A stretch of DNA of 62,563 nucleotides from Desulfobacterales bacterium (GCA_012961955.1 DTYH01000048.1:1-62563), one strand, 5' to 3'. Positions 37,691-47,673 are shown, numbered from the stretch's first letter. Translations and numbers: made by a program. Notes: generated by a model from the letters alone, not told the origin.

Positions 37691-38875
37691 TTAAATCGAG
37701 CTATTTTCAACAGCCATCCTTGCCGCTTCATCTATGGAGACGCTTCGATCGCAATAGGGGACCCCATACTTGGACAATATCTTAAAGCCTTCCTCCTCCC
37801 ATGCACCCGGAACACGGAATATCGCCACCGTCTCCGCAGGCACCTTGCCCGCTTCTAGGATTCCCTTGACTACGCCTCGTGCCATCAGGTCTACCCTGGT
37901 ATTGCTTACCACATTCATGATTACAGCGATTTTTTTTACGTTTGGCCTTGAAACTATCAGTTTGGTCAGTTCCTTAACCTTGAGGACAGAGGGGTTGCCG
38001 CCGATCTCACAGTAATTAGCTGGCTTTCCACCATGGGCCTTGACAGCGTCAAATGCGGTAAGGGAAGCGCCTCCTCCTCCAATAATCAGTCCCAGGGAAC
38101 CATTGAACTCTATGACACGCCCGGCAACGCCCCGGTGGTCTAGAGCATCAATCTCGGCCGCCTTGCGTTCAAACTCTGTCATGCTTCGCTCGGACTCCAC
38201 ACGATCCATATCCTTTTCAATCTCCATAAGATCTTTGTGCCTTACGAGGGCGTCGTCGTCTATCTCGAGATGGCAATCCAACGCCATAAATTGACCATCT
38301 CCCGTCAGTACTAAGGGATTGATCTCCGCAAGCGTAGCATCGAAGTCCAGAAAGATGTTTGCAAGCCTAGAAAGAATAGCGCTTATCCCAAGGAGCTGCT
38401 TCCCGGAAATACCTGTGTCGGACACAATCTCCCTTGCCCGATACTGGTGAAGTCCTGAGCGTACGGAAAATCTGCCCCTGCTCACCTTTTCAGGCTTACG
38501 AAGTACAAGTTCTTCTATATCCACTCCTCCATCCCGGGAAAATATGACAACAGGAGCTTTGGCTAGCGCATCGTACACGATGCCCATAAAGAACTCTTGG
38601 GCCACATCCACCCTCTCCTCCACCAGGATCTTTTTGGGTCTGTATCCCCCCAGATTCCTAGAAAAGAGTTGTTCCATCTTGGTCCTGGCATCTTCAGTAG
38701 TTGAAGCTTCAAGGACCCCTCCTTTCTTCCCGCGTCCCCCGATAGGGATCTGAGCCTTGAGCACAACGGGTGAATCGATAGAGAGTTCCTGCGGGGAGGT
38801 AAAGACCCTCCCCCGAGGGGTTGAGATCTGATACTTTTTGAGTATTGCCTTTGATTCAAACTCTAATAGCCTCAT
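37691..38875 (-). CDS. sucC: succinyl-CoA synthetase-like beta subunit (ATP-grasp)
   Basis: MRLLEFESKAILKKYQISTP... ATP-grasp N-terminus and a C-terminal ligase-CoA domain (GGNPS...). It pairs with the alpha subunit downstream. Confidence 0.8.
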   Translation of the reverse strand: MRLLEFESKAILKKYQISTPRGRVFTSPQELSIDSPVVLKAQIPIGGRGKKGGVLEASTTEDARTKMEQLFSRNLGGYRPKKILVEERVDVAQEFFMGIVYDALAKAPVVIFSRDGGVDIEELVLRKPEKVSRGRFSVRSGLHQYRAREIVSDTGISGKQLLGISAILSRLANIFLDFDATLAEINPLVLTGDGQFMALDCHLEIDDDALVRHKDLMEIEKDMDRVESERSMTEFERKAAEIDALDHRGVAGRVIEFNGSLGLIIGGGGASLTAFDAVKAHGGKPANYCEIGGNPSVLKVKELTKLIVSRPNVKKIAVIMNVVSNTRVDLMARGVVKGILEAGKVPAETVAIFRVPGAWEEEGFKILSKYGVPYCDRSVSIDEAARMAVENSSI

Positions 38876-38930
38876 GGAGACTCTCCGTGATTGTCGATAA
38901 TCGACATGAATTCCTTTTCATAGATGTAAA

Positions 38931-40298
38931 TCAATAATCCTTTTCTGTGTCAAGAAAAAACTTCCCCACATCCGATATAACTTCCAGATTCATGGCACGT
39001 TCTATAATGGTTTCTGAAGCAGTACGAGATATTAGACCATCGGTAAGTGTCTTAAATTTTTTAAACAACTCCTCTTCAGACAGAGGGTTTTCAGGATCGC
39101 CCTTAGGATAATCGCTAGTCCCTTTCAAGGTTATCCCGTCCCTCGTAATAACCTCTACACGAGCAGGCCACTTGTTAGGATAAGCCCGGGTAAATTCCGA
39201 GTCGCTGTGCAGGGTTATCTTTCGCATGAGCTGAATGATGTCAGGGTGTTTAAGACGCGATGTACTAAAATCTGTGAACTCCACGTGTCCGTACTTAAGG
39301 GCCATTGCTATACAGAAAGGGAGGCTAAACTTGGCCAGATAAGGAGTTTCAGGTTTGACTTCTCTTAGGAGGTCCAGCGCCTCCTGGTAGATATAGACCT
39401 TTACTTCCTGAATATCATCAGGCATGATTGATCTTTTACCTGTGGCATCAAGGGTTGCGTCAATGGCGGAGTGGGTATGACCACACGAGGCATGGTACTT
39501 AAGCGAGTTTCGCTCGAACAAGAACTCCTTCCCAAGGCCTTTCAGACACTTGGACTCATCAAACTCCCTAGAGGTCGCTCTGAAGAACCCTTTCTTCCCC
39601 TCCAGTATCCTCTGCGCCCCTGTGAAACCCTTCTGAGCCAAAAGTGCTGATAGCACACCATTCAAAGCAGCCTTACCTGCGTGTAACTGTTTGCTCATAG
39701 CGCTTTCCACCAAGAACTCCCATAGTCCAGCGGCCTGGGTACCGGCCGATCCCAAGGCCCACGCCACCCTCTCCTCATCAAGGCCAAGTATGCTGGCACA
39801 TCCAGCAGCAGCTCCAAAGGTGCCGCAGGTAGCCGTGGTATGCCAGTAATAGTAATGACTGGGGCCAACAGCCAATGCTATACGGACACCAACCTCGTAT
39901 CCTGCAGCAATAGCGGGTATCAGTTTCCGCCCTGGGGTGTGTTCCCGTTCGGCCATGGCGAATATGGCTGGCATGATTGCTGCAGCTGGGTGAAAGATGG
40001 ACTCCCTGTGTAGGTCATCCATCTCCACCACGTGAGAAGATGCACCGTTGACCATTGCCGCAAGCAGGCTCATGGTCCTGGAGCTGTCAGGTATTACGGT
40101 AGATTCAGGTTTCCCTCCCAAACTGTGTACTACTTCGAGCATGATCTTGATCGGGGGTTGATCTTGGCCTGCAATGGCAGATCCAATCCAGTCCAAAAAG
40201 TACGTCTTTACCTTGTAGATCTGATCCTTGGAAAGATGTTCATACGTCAGTTGACTTACGAATCGGCCAAGGTGGCGAGATATGCTATCTTCATACAT
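38931..40298 (-). CDS. MmgE/PrpD-family protein (2-methylcitrate dehydratase-like)
   Basis: LGRFVSQLTYEHL...YFLDWIGSAIAG N-terminus and a family-like length. GGAG lies ~11 nt before the ATG at 40298. Confidence 0.8.
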   Translation of the reverse strand: MYEDSISRHLGRFVSQLTYEHLSKDQIYKVKTYFLDWIGSAIAGQDQPPIKIMLEVVHSLGGKPESTVIPDSSRTMSLLAAMVNGASSHVVEMDDLHRESIFHPAAAIMPAIFAMAEREHTPGRKLIPAIAAGYEVGVRIALAVGPSHYYYWHTTATCGTFGAAAGCASILGLDEERVAWALGSAGTQAAGLWEFLVESAMSKQLHAGKAALNGVLSALLAQKGFTGAQRILEGKKGFFRATSREFDESKCLKGLGKEFLFERNSLKYHASCGHTHSAIDATLDATGKRSIMPDDIQEVKVYIYQEALDLLREVKPETPYLAKFSLPFCIAMALKYGHVEFTDFSTSRLKHPDIIQLMRKITLHSDSEFTRAYPNKWPARVEVITRDGITLKGTSDYPKGDPENPLSEEELFKKFKTLTDGLISRTASETIIERAMNLEVISDVGKFFLDTEKDY

Positions 40299-40442
40299 AT
40301 TGGTTGCTCCGTTCTTAATATATTGTAACTGTTCCACCGGCGGAAAATTCTGTTCCATATGCCTCTTATCCAAAAGAGCTGGTGACGTTGGGGATTGAAG
40401 AGGGCATGAAAAAAGAACCATATAATACTATTTATAGAGTAT

Positions 40443-41642
40443 TTATAGAGCCTCCCTCACCAGTTGTCCGATATCCTTAATCTCTATGTTGTAATTTCTA
40501 CTCTTTATTCCATCATCAAGCATCTGGAGACATATGGGGCAGGCCACGGCGATGCAATCTACATTTTTCGCTTTTGCATGGTCCGCGCGTGTCATATTCA
40601 TTTTGATCTTCGGCAACTCATAAAACAAGCCAGTTCCTCCCCCGCCACAACAATAGGCAGTCTCCCTTGTCTTATCCATTTCTACGAGTTCAAGCCCAGG
40701 TATGCTCTGAAGTACTTTTCTCGGCTCGTCGTAGATGTCGTTTTTCCGACCTAAATAGCAAGGGTCATGATATGTTATCCGCTTGTTAATCCTCTTTGTA
40801 AATTTGATTCTCCTGCTGTGAACTAATTCTAGAAATAGTTGAGTGTAATGTTTTATCTCCAGGCCATCCAGTGTGGGATAGTAGGCTGTAAACGCATCGT
40901 AATCATGCGGCGAGACACAGATAATTTGCCTAACCCCCTGGTTTTTTATAATCTCCTCATTATGTTCTGTCATCTCAGCGAAGAGCCCATCTTCACCCAT
41001 CATCATGGCAAAGGCACCACTATCCATTTCCTTGCTTCCAACCATGCCTACATCTATCTTGGCTGCCTTAAGAACATCAACGATTGCCTCGGCCATTTTG
41101 GTTGCTCTATCTTCGTATGGAATGGTAGCACCGACATACAGGATGGTGTCGGTTTTTTCCATACTCATGCCAAGATCAGCCACCCACTTATCCTTAGTTT
41201 GCTTAGATCCACCAAAAGGGTTGCCTACATTGGCCAAGTTATTGAGAGCGTCCCTGACTTGAGTTGGTACTTGTCCCTCTTCCGCTCTCATTGACCTAAA
41301 TATCTCTGCCATAGTTGCACCGCTTACCTTCGTCCTCCTTGTCCCTGTACGTTTGATATACAACGGAGTATTCAAGGAGCAGTTCCACTCACACCACCTG
41401 CACCCTGTACACGCGTAGACGAGATCATCTGTCAAATCAGCCAACTCGAGTTCTCCTGATAAGAGGGCCAGGCCGACCTGGGCCATTCCCCTTGCGGCCC
41501 CAACCTCATTTCTCCCTTCTATGAAAACAGGACAACTCTCAACACACAATCCGCAGAAACAGTTGATGCAGGTCCATAGCTGAGGCTCATACTCCTGTAA
41601 GGAAACAATCGCATAATCTCTATCTATAGCCATCCTTATCAC
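40443..41642 (-). CDS. GlcF-like Fe-S subunit (2x[4Fe-4S] plus two CCG domains)
   Basis: CINCFCGLCVESCP and CTGCRWCEWNC motifs, then two CCG-type repeats (YCCGGGG...CP.C). Confidence 0.8.
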   Translation of the reverse strand: MIRMAIDRDYAIVSLQEYEPQLWTCINCFCGLCVESCPVFIEGRNEVGAARGMAQVGLALLSGELELADLTDDLVYACTGCRWCEWNCSLNTPLYIKRTGTRRTKVSGATMAEIFRSMRAEEGQVPTQVRDALNNLANVGNPFGGSKQTKDKWVADLGMSMEKTDTILYVGATIPYEDRATKMAEAIVDVLKAAKIDVGMVGSKEMDSGAFAMMMGEDGLFAEMTEHNEEIIKNQGVRQIICVSPHDYDAFTAYYPTLDGLEIKHYTQLFLELVHSRRIKFTKRINKRITYHDPCYLGRKNDIYDEPRKVLQSIPGLELVEMDKTRETAYCCGGGGTGLFYELPKIKMNMTRADHAKAKNVDCIAVACPICLQMLDDGIKSRNYNIEIKDIGQLVREAL

Positions 41643-41645
41643 CTC

Positions 41646-43148
41646 CTAAAATTTTACATTCGGATTCATTATGTTTTTGGGATCAAGAGCACGTTTGATC
41701 GTCTTCATCAATTCATATCCTGTTTCTCCAACCTCTCTTTTAATAAATTCGATTTCCATCTCCCTGGGTACAAACCCATGGGTTCCGGTCAAGGAGCCAC
41801 AATGACGCCAGACAAGTTCTGCATATTCCCGAAACCAAGACTTAAATTCTTGAATAGTCGTTTTGTCGAACTGTTTCCAGTTGGCGAGCGTTAATGACCA
41901 CACTTTGGTCCAGCCTTCCTCACCCGGAACCGGCGCTCCAGGACTTAAGACACGTAAACTCCTTGACAGACGCGGATAGCTCTTTCCATCTTCCAATCTT
42001 TTTAGAAAGACGAGAAAATCCTTATAGAAATTAATCAGATGTTTATTCGATATCTGTGGATCCAGGGGAACGATTCGGTTACCCATGCCGCCAGTCACAA
42101 GGCGTTCGCTTTGGAGGGCTGCCATACCCATATATTTTTCCATGGTTTCATGCATCCTTCCAACGAAATCGGTCGGAGGCATATCATCTCTCCAAAATCC
42201 GTTGTGTTCTTTGCATATGGCTTCGGCATGTTTCTTCGTGGCCTCTACGACGTCCGGTTCCCCTAAGATATGGTAATCAACCAGCATGACCACATCATCA
42301 GGCCATTCTACTTCCATACTCCCCTTCACAGCCTGGCTCAGCAACCATTTATGATAGGCCTTGGCTCTCCATATAACACCTGCATTGATAGGGGATCTGA
42401 GTTCCATATAGGTCCTTAGTGCATCTTCAATAGTATTAAATGCCCTTATCCCATAGACATATGCGGGAGGGGTGGGAATGAATCTTTCTGTTACCTTGGT
42501 TATAATACCCAGGGTCCCCCTCGAACCTATGAACATCGACATCATGTCTAGGCCAACAACCGATTTTGTAGGGGTACTGCTCCCTCTTCCGACCTGAACC
42601 ACGTCTCCATTTGCCAGCACCACCTCGAGACCCCTGATATGATCTCTTGATCCTCCCCACCTGTTTTCAAATTTGTTATACCCGGAAATAGAGGCGCGGG
42701 AGCCCAGAGTGGAGGCCCTATTCATTGTTGGGAACTCCAGAGACATATACCCCCTTTTGGCCAAATAGTCGATATAGTCTACTACGCGTACCCCTGCCTG
42801 TGCACCAATTCGAAGAGCCTCCTCATCAAATTCAAGGATCTCGTTCATACTGGTCGTATCGACGACAATTCCATCGCGCATACTCTCTGCACCGTATGTG
42901 CAGGTTCTGCCCCCCTGAGGGATTAACGGTATTTCATATCTATTGGCATGTTTAACGATGGTTACCACATCTTCGGTCGTTCTCGGACGTACAACAGCCG
43001 CGGGAGTAAAATCTCCCAAGTCTTCATGCAACAGGGCTTCTGGGCCATGCGTGATTCTGTGGGCTATCCTTGTGGGTTTATCCACGCTTATCTTTTCTTC
43101 TCCTATACCTTTGGTAATATCTCGAATACATTCCTGAACGGCTTCCAT
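41646..43148 (-). CDS. FAD-linked oxidase (GlcD-like)
   Basis: FAD_binding_4-type N-terminal domain (PRTTEDVVTIVKHANRYEIPLIPQGGRT). It sits immediately upstream of the Fe-S partner. Confidence 0.85.
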   Translation of the reverse strand: MEAVQECIRDITKGIGEEKISVDKPTRIAHRITHGPEALLHEDLGDFTPAAVVRPRTTEDVVTIVKHANRYEIPLIPQGGRTCTYGAESMRDGIVVDTTSMNEILEFDEEALRIGAQAGVRVVDYIDYLAKRGYMSLEFPTMNRASTLGSRASISGYNKFENRWGGSRDHIRGLEVVLANGDVVQVGRGSSTPTKSVVGLDMMSMFIGSRGTLGIITKVTERFIPTPPAYVYGIRAFNTIEDALRTYMELRSPINAGVIWRAKAYHKWLLSQAVKGSMEVEWPDDVVMLVDYHILGEPDVVEATKKHAEAICKEHNGFWRDDMPPTDFVGRMHETMEKYMGMAALQSERLVTGGMGNRIVPLDPQISNKHLINFYKDFLVFLKRLEDGKSYPRLSRSLRVLSPGAPVPGEEGWTKVWSLTLANWKQFDKTTIQEFKSWFREYAELVWRHCGSLTGTHGFVPREMEIEFIKREVGETGYELMKTIKRALDPKNIMNPNVKF

Positions 43149-43310
43149 GTTTTTCCCTCCTTTCCATTCAAGAGTAATTGGTCAGGGCATGGGGTCTTCC
43201 TTGAAACGATTTGGTGGAATCCCCGCTCCTCACCAGTTACAATTAAAATATCTCTCGGAATTGTACCTAAAGTCTACGAGATCAAGGTGTGTCCCCTGAT
43301 AGAGTAAGCC

Positions 43311-44201
43311 TCAGTCCAGAACACGCTTGTAATTCTCGCTGGCAATGGCCTTTACTTCGTTATCCTTAAATCCAAGAGCCAGAAGGCTCGAGATAAACAT
43401 TCTCACTCCTTCCACGGCCGTCGGGTTAGGCAATTGGCCGAAGTCGGTAAAGAAGATGGCATTTTCTGGTCCTACCTCTTTAATCATTTTAGCGATATCG
43501 CGAAAATCCTGTCTGTCAAACAAAGGCATACAGGGCAAAAAGGCATAACTTAGCAGAGCACCCAACCCGGCTAGCTCTTTCTGCACATCGATTGGCATCA
43601 GGTTAACGCTACAGTTGGGGTGACACACAATGATCCTTTCAACCCCTATCTCCTTGGCTTCTTTCACAAGGGCGAGTGCTTCCCTGGCTCCGAGGTGACA
43701 GGTGTCAAGGATTACATTGGCCTCAGCGATCAATCTGAGAATATCTCTCACTTCTGGAAGGATCTCATCTCCTTCCATTCCACCTTTAAATATGGAGATC
43801 CCTTCCTTGGGATCCTTTCTTGTTACGAAGGGTTCCAGCCATGGGGTTTCCTGGGTCACATGAACTTTTTGGATGGTGAGTGCGGCATCAAGGCTTGGCA
43901 TCCAGATAATCTTTGTTCCTAATTTGATGGCCTTTTCAACCGTTTCAGGATTGAGGCCACCCACCGTATGGTTCAAGACGATACCCCCTAACAACTCAAT
44001 TCCAGGAACCATCTGGCTTGCTACGTAGCAGCGATCAGCCGTGTTGGTGTTGTGATCCTTTATACCAAGGGCTCTCATCCCTGCCTCTCTTGAATCCCGG
44101 GCCACCTCTACCACGTCTTGAACCCTTGGCACCACGTCAGGACCAGCGTGGATGTGAAGATCGCAGGCACCCCTCATCAATTCCTGAACCTTTTCCTTCA
44201 T
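43311..44201 (-). CDS. metal-dependent TIM-barrel hydrolase-fold protein (DUF6282-like)
   Basis: CDLHIHAGPD near the N-terminus, with later H/D motifs (KDHN, CHL, CHPN). AAGGAG lies 7 nt before the ATG at 44201. Family assignment from memory only. Confidence 0.55.
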   Translation of the reverse strand: MKEKVQELMRGACDLHIHAGPDVVPRVQDVVEVARDSREAGMRALGIKDHNTNTADRCYVASQMVPGIELLGGIVLNHTVGGLNPETVEKAIKLGTKIIWMPSLDAALTIQKVHVTQETPWLEPFVTRKDPKEGISIFKGGMEGDEILPEVRDILRLIAEANVILDTCHLGAREALALVKEAKEIGVERIIVCHPNCSVNLMPIDVQKELAGLGALLSYAFLPCMPLFDRQDFRDIAKMIKEVGPENAIFFTDFGQLPNPTAVEGVRMFISSLLALGFKDNEVKAIASENYKRVLD

Positions 44202-44735
44202 AAGAAATCTCCTTTCTCGATTCGTATGTTGTGTTGGGAATCTTTTTGATAGAGGTTCTGGTATTGGCACAAAAAAATGCTTAACCTGAACCGGCTTCGG
44301 CAAACTCGGCGTTTGAAAGATTTAGGTTTTACTTTCCAACGCCTTGTATTTCCTGAGATACCTTCCAGCCTTGTAGCTCAGAGACTATGCCGAGTTTTGT
44401 TGCGCTGATAATCCGATCAAGTTTAACGTGGATTACCTGGTTAAAAAGTATCCCCGGGCTAGAGTTCAATATCTTTACGCTTCCTGATTTCAATTTTGGG
44501 AGGTCACTATAAGAGATCAGGGGGAACGTGAGATGCGATTTGATGGATCTACTCTCTCTACATATGGCTTATTTGCTCTGTTGTGGAAGTTTTTTCAATA
44601 AGAGAAGGCTTCCGTATTATTACAGTGACCTTTCCTTGGGAATCAAAAGGTTTCAGGACCTGACAACAAGGCCGGCTACTAAGCCAAGACCCGTTAGTCT
44701 CGTCAGTTTTGAAAGCTTTTTCGGAGTCAGTGTTA

Positions 44736-44800
44736 ACGGTCTCGTAAAAGGTCTGATTTTGCTCAATGTCGTTCGCAAAATGACTTTTACGAAAGGACCG
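44736..44800. mobile_element. family-1 MITE, short hairpin form
   Basis: ACGGTCTCGTAAAAGGTC...GACTTTTACGAAAGGACCG. Confidence 0.7.
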
Positions 44801-45010
44801 CTGTTACACGGTGTTTAATCGACGGTTTCAAATCTTGAGATTCTCGGCAACTTGATAAGCTAAACACAGCCATGTTCTTATTTTAGGTAAGAATGTCGGA
44901 AAGAACTTGCCTTTGGATAGCGAGAGTAACAACTCATGGAGAGCAGTAACAAAAAAGAGCGGAGGCAGAATATTGTTAGTCGTGTTTGTTGCTTATCCTA
45001 GTTAGACGAA

Positions 45011-45066
45011 TGTCGATTGTCGACTAAATTTTATTTTTTTATATAATAATTTTTCTTCCTTGTCAA
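45011..45066 (-). promoter_or_regulatory. putative sigma70 promoter with downstream TGTCGATTGTCGAC operator
   Basis: Minus strand: TTGACA (45061-45066), a 17-nt spacer, TATAAA (45038-45043), then GTCGACAATCGACA at 45011-45024. Confidence 0.5.
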
Positions 45067-45132
45067 GAAGAAAGTTCTAGTGAAAACCTCTGTGCCAGCT
45101 CTTTGTTCAGAGTGAGAAATGTTACTCTAATC

Positions 45133-46116
45133 CTAAAGAATCTTCAATACAAAACAAATAACAGGAATTTCTAGTAAAGTGGCAAAGGTGAGACACAGCC
45201 AACAGGCATTGGCGAGGTCCTGATTAAGATTAAAGATCCTTGATAGAACAAGAGAAAAAATAGCTGGCGGCATACACGACTGGATGAATATCACTTTTAG
45301 CGGGATTTCGTCAGGAATAGAGAACAGACCGAATATATAGGCCAAGCCCATGCCGGTGACGGGTGAGAGTATGAATTTGATCATTCCAAGTGAGAAGACT
45401 TCTTTTAAGTAGTAGAGGCTCCTTCCCAAATGGATGGTCAAACCTATGGCTAAAGAATAGATCAGGGTTGACGTATAGACTAAAGTGTTGTTCAACGGCT
45501 TAATTATGGTAAATTGCTCTACTTGGCAAACATTTAATATTGATCCCAAAACAACGGCTAGATTGGGTGTGAAACTTACCGGATCAGTAAAGAATGACTT
45601 TATATTCTTCGTCAAAGAGACATCTTCACTCGAATATCTTCTGGCTAAGGCAAAACCAATGGTAAAAAAGAAAGGAACAAAATATGCAAAATATAAGACA
45701 GCAAACCGGAGTCCTCTTTCTCCCAGCATGAGAAAGGCCAAAAAACTTCCCATGGTTATCCCTATATTTGAAAAGCAAGCACAGCCTACATAAGCCCCCT
45801 TTTCAAGAGGGTTATGTCCATGCCTCTGGGAAAAAAACAGACCATAGAGAATGCAAAAACAGGAAAGAAGGGCTGCTATTAAGGGAACAACGAAAACCTT
45901 GCCGAGGTTAGACAGGTCTAATGCCCAGAAAGAAAAAAGAATGATTGGTGATTCCATAAAAACAATTGTCCATTTGGTTAATGACCTGCTCAATTTTTCG
46001 TCAAGATAACCTCGTTTTCGAGCCAGCCAACCAAAAAAGAGAGGGATGTAGATAATTGAACTGAAGACTATAAACTTGTAGAACTCTTCTGATGAAAAGA
46101 TAGTATTTAGATCCAT
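45133..46116 (-). CDS. AEC (auxin efflux carrier) family transporter
   Basis: 327 aa, ~10 TM helices, two-repeat topology typical of the AEC/membrane transport protein family. Confidence 0.8.
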   Translation of the reverse strand: MDLNTIFSSEEFYKFIVFSSIIYIPLFFGWLARKRGYLDEKLSRSLTKWTIVFMESPIILFSFWALDLSNLGKVFVVPLIAALLSCFCILYGLFFSQRHGHNPLEKGAYVGCACFSNIGITMGSFLAFLMLGERGLRFAVLYFAYFVPFFFTIGFALARRYSSEDVSLTKNIKSFFTDPVSFTPNLAVVLGSILNVCQVEQFTIIKPLNNTLVYTSTLIYSLAIGLTIHLGRSLYYLKEVFSLGMIKFILSPVTGMGLAYIFGLFSIPDEIPLKVIFIQSCMPPAIFSLVLSRIFNLNQDLANACWLCLTFATLLEIPVICFVLKIL

Positions 46117-46152
46117 ACCACTTAACTCATAATTTCTCTGTAACTTGATGTC

Positions 46153-46219
46153 GATGGTTTCGTAAAAAGCCCAATTTTGCTCTCTCCGTGAGCAAAATTG
46201 AACTTTTTACGAAACGGTC
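46153..46219. mobile_element. family-1 MITE, short hairpin form
   Basis: GATGGTTTCGTAAAAAGCCCAATTTTGCTC-tctccgtg-AGCAAAATTGAACTTTTTACGAAACGGTC. It ends 4 nt from the next gene's stop. Confidence 0.85.
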
Positions 46220-46223
46220 ATAG

Positions 46224-47126
46224 TCAGAAGAGGTTGAAAACCAAGTTCATCAGAATGGCTAACGTGATCAGAGAGAGTAGGGTTGAAACAACGACTGAGC
46301 CAGCAACAAATTCTGGTCCGTTGTTATATCGGATGGCATATATCAAAGCGATAACCGCAGTAGGTGTACTTGTTTGTAAAATTAACACCTTGGCTGGTAA
46401 CCCCTTTATTTGTAGAAGGATTACCACTAACAAGGCTACTATGGGTGAGAGAAGGAGTCTCATTGAAGAAGAAAGGATTAATTTAAAGATCTCACCTCGT
46501 AGGTTTGTTTCGCTCAGCTGCATACCCAAGACCAATAAAAAGACTGGAATCACGGCCATTCCCAGCATTTTGACTACGTCTACCATTTCACGGGGGATCT
46601 GAATCCCCAGAAGATTTAAAGCAAAAGCAAGAAATACCGCATAGATAATAGGTATGCGAAATATCTGGAGGACGGATTGAAATGGATTTATCCTTCCTGA
46701 GGCAGCGAGGTAGATTGACAAACTAGAAAATGGAATCAGAAAAACAACTAAGTTCAAGACAGCGAGATCTAATCCGTCTTCGCCAAAGGAAAAAAGGATC
46801 AAGGGGATTCCTAGGTTACCACAATTCATGGTAACCGTTACGAGACATAAAAGGGACCTTCTTTCCCGAGAAAGCCTAAATACTCGTCCCACAATTCCAC
46901 TTATAAACCACAGGATCGCGATAAAAAGAATCATAAAATATAAGGGGGTGAGCAGGGTTTTAGCAGTGAGAGGATTCTTTGTAAGCGCATAAAAAACAAG
47001 GCTGGGTGTCAATACATAAAGACCTAGGTCTGAAATCGGCTTGATTTCCAGTTTGAGGAATCGCTGAGTTATGAACCCAAGAATGATAATAGAAAAGATG
47101 GATAAGAGAGGAGAGATTACGGACAC
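46224..47126 (-). CDS. AEC family transporter
   Basis: 300 aa, multi-TM, similar topology to the neighbouring AEC gene. GTG start. Confidence 0.8.
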   Translation of the reverse strand: MSVISPLLSIFSIIILGFITQRFLKLEIKPISDLGLYVLTPSLVFYALTKNPLTAKTLLTPLYFMILFIAILWFISGIVGRVFRLSRERRSLLCLVTVTMNCGNLGIPLILFSFGEDGLDLAVLNLVVFLIPFSSLSIYLAASGRINPFQSVLQIFRIPIIYAVFLAFALNLLGIQIPREMVDVVKMLGMAVIPVFLLVLGMQLSETNLRGEIFKLILSSSMRLLLSPIVALLVVILLQIKGLPAKVLILQTSTPTAVIALIYAIRYNNGPEFVAGSVVVSTLLSLITLAILMNLVFNLF

Positions 47127-47673
47127 ATGTACGCCCCTTGAAGAGATGTTTTTTAAAAGAGGTAACAGAATTATTCTATCCTGTCAATCGCCATTTATTA
47201 TACCAATCTTTTCAACCTCCACTTTTTAAGGAGGGCTAAAAGACCTCATAAACCTTCTAAAGGTCTCTTCTTCAATTTGGCAAGAGATTAACCCTATAAC
47301 GTCATTTGTCAGTATTTTTAGGTACCAGAAGGAAACTGTTCGCCCCGTGAAGAGTTACACTCGAAGATTTATTTCAAAAAAAATGTCATAAGTGCCAGGA
47401 GATCGATTACCCATGTCGCGTTTCCCTTCTGCCGCAGAATACGTTGTATGCCCGGCAAACCAATTGACTTCTCCCTGAGGTTCGGCAACACAATGGGTGG
47501 GCCCGTCAAGACCCTGAGATCAAGCTCCTTCTTGACAAAAACCCTGAAACAACGTAATGAACTAAGACAGAAGATTAGGGAATTAAGGGTACGGGCTACA
47601 TACGGATTAAGGGTCAGAAATGAAAAGTGTTACAAAGGAATAGCTTTTAATTCTTAAAATAGAGGGGAAGAAT

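Noticed and set aside
44329-44568. Stop-free minus-strand frame in the operon leader (…LPKLKSGSVKILNSSPGILFNQVIHVKLDRIISATKLGIVSELQGWKVSQEIQGVGK)
   Set aside because: It looks protein-like, but there is no ATG/GTG start or SD, only a weak TTG candidate. It may be a gene relic. Not called without a homology search.
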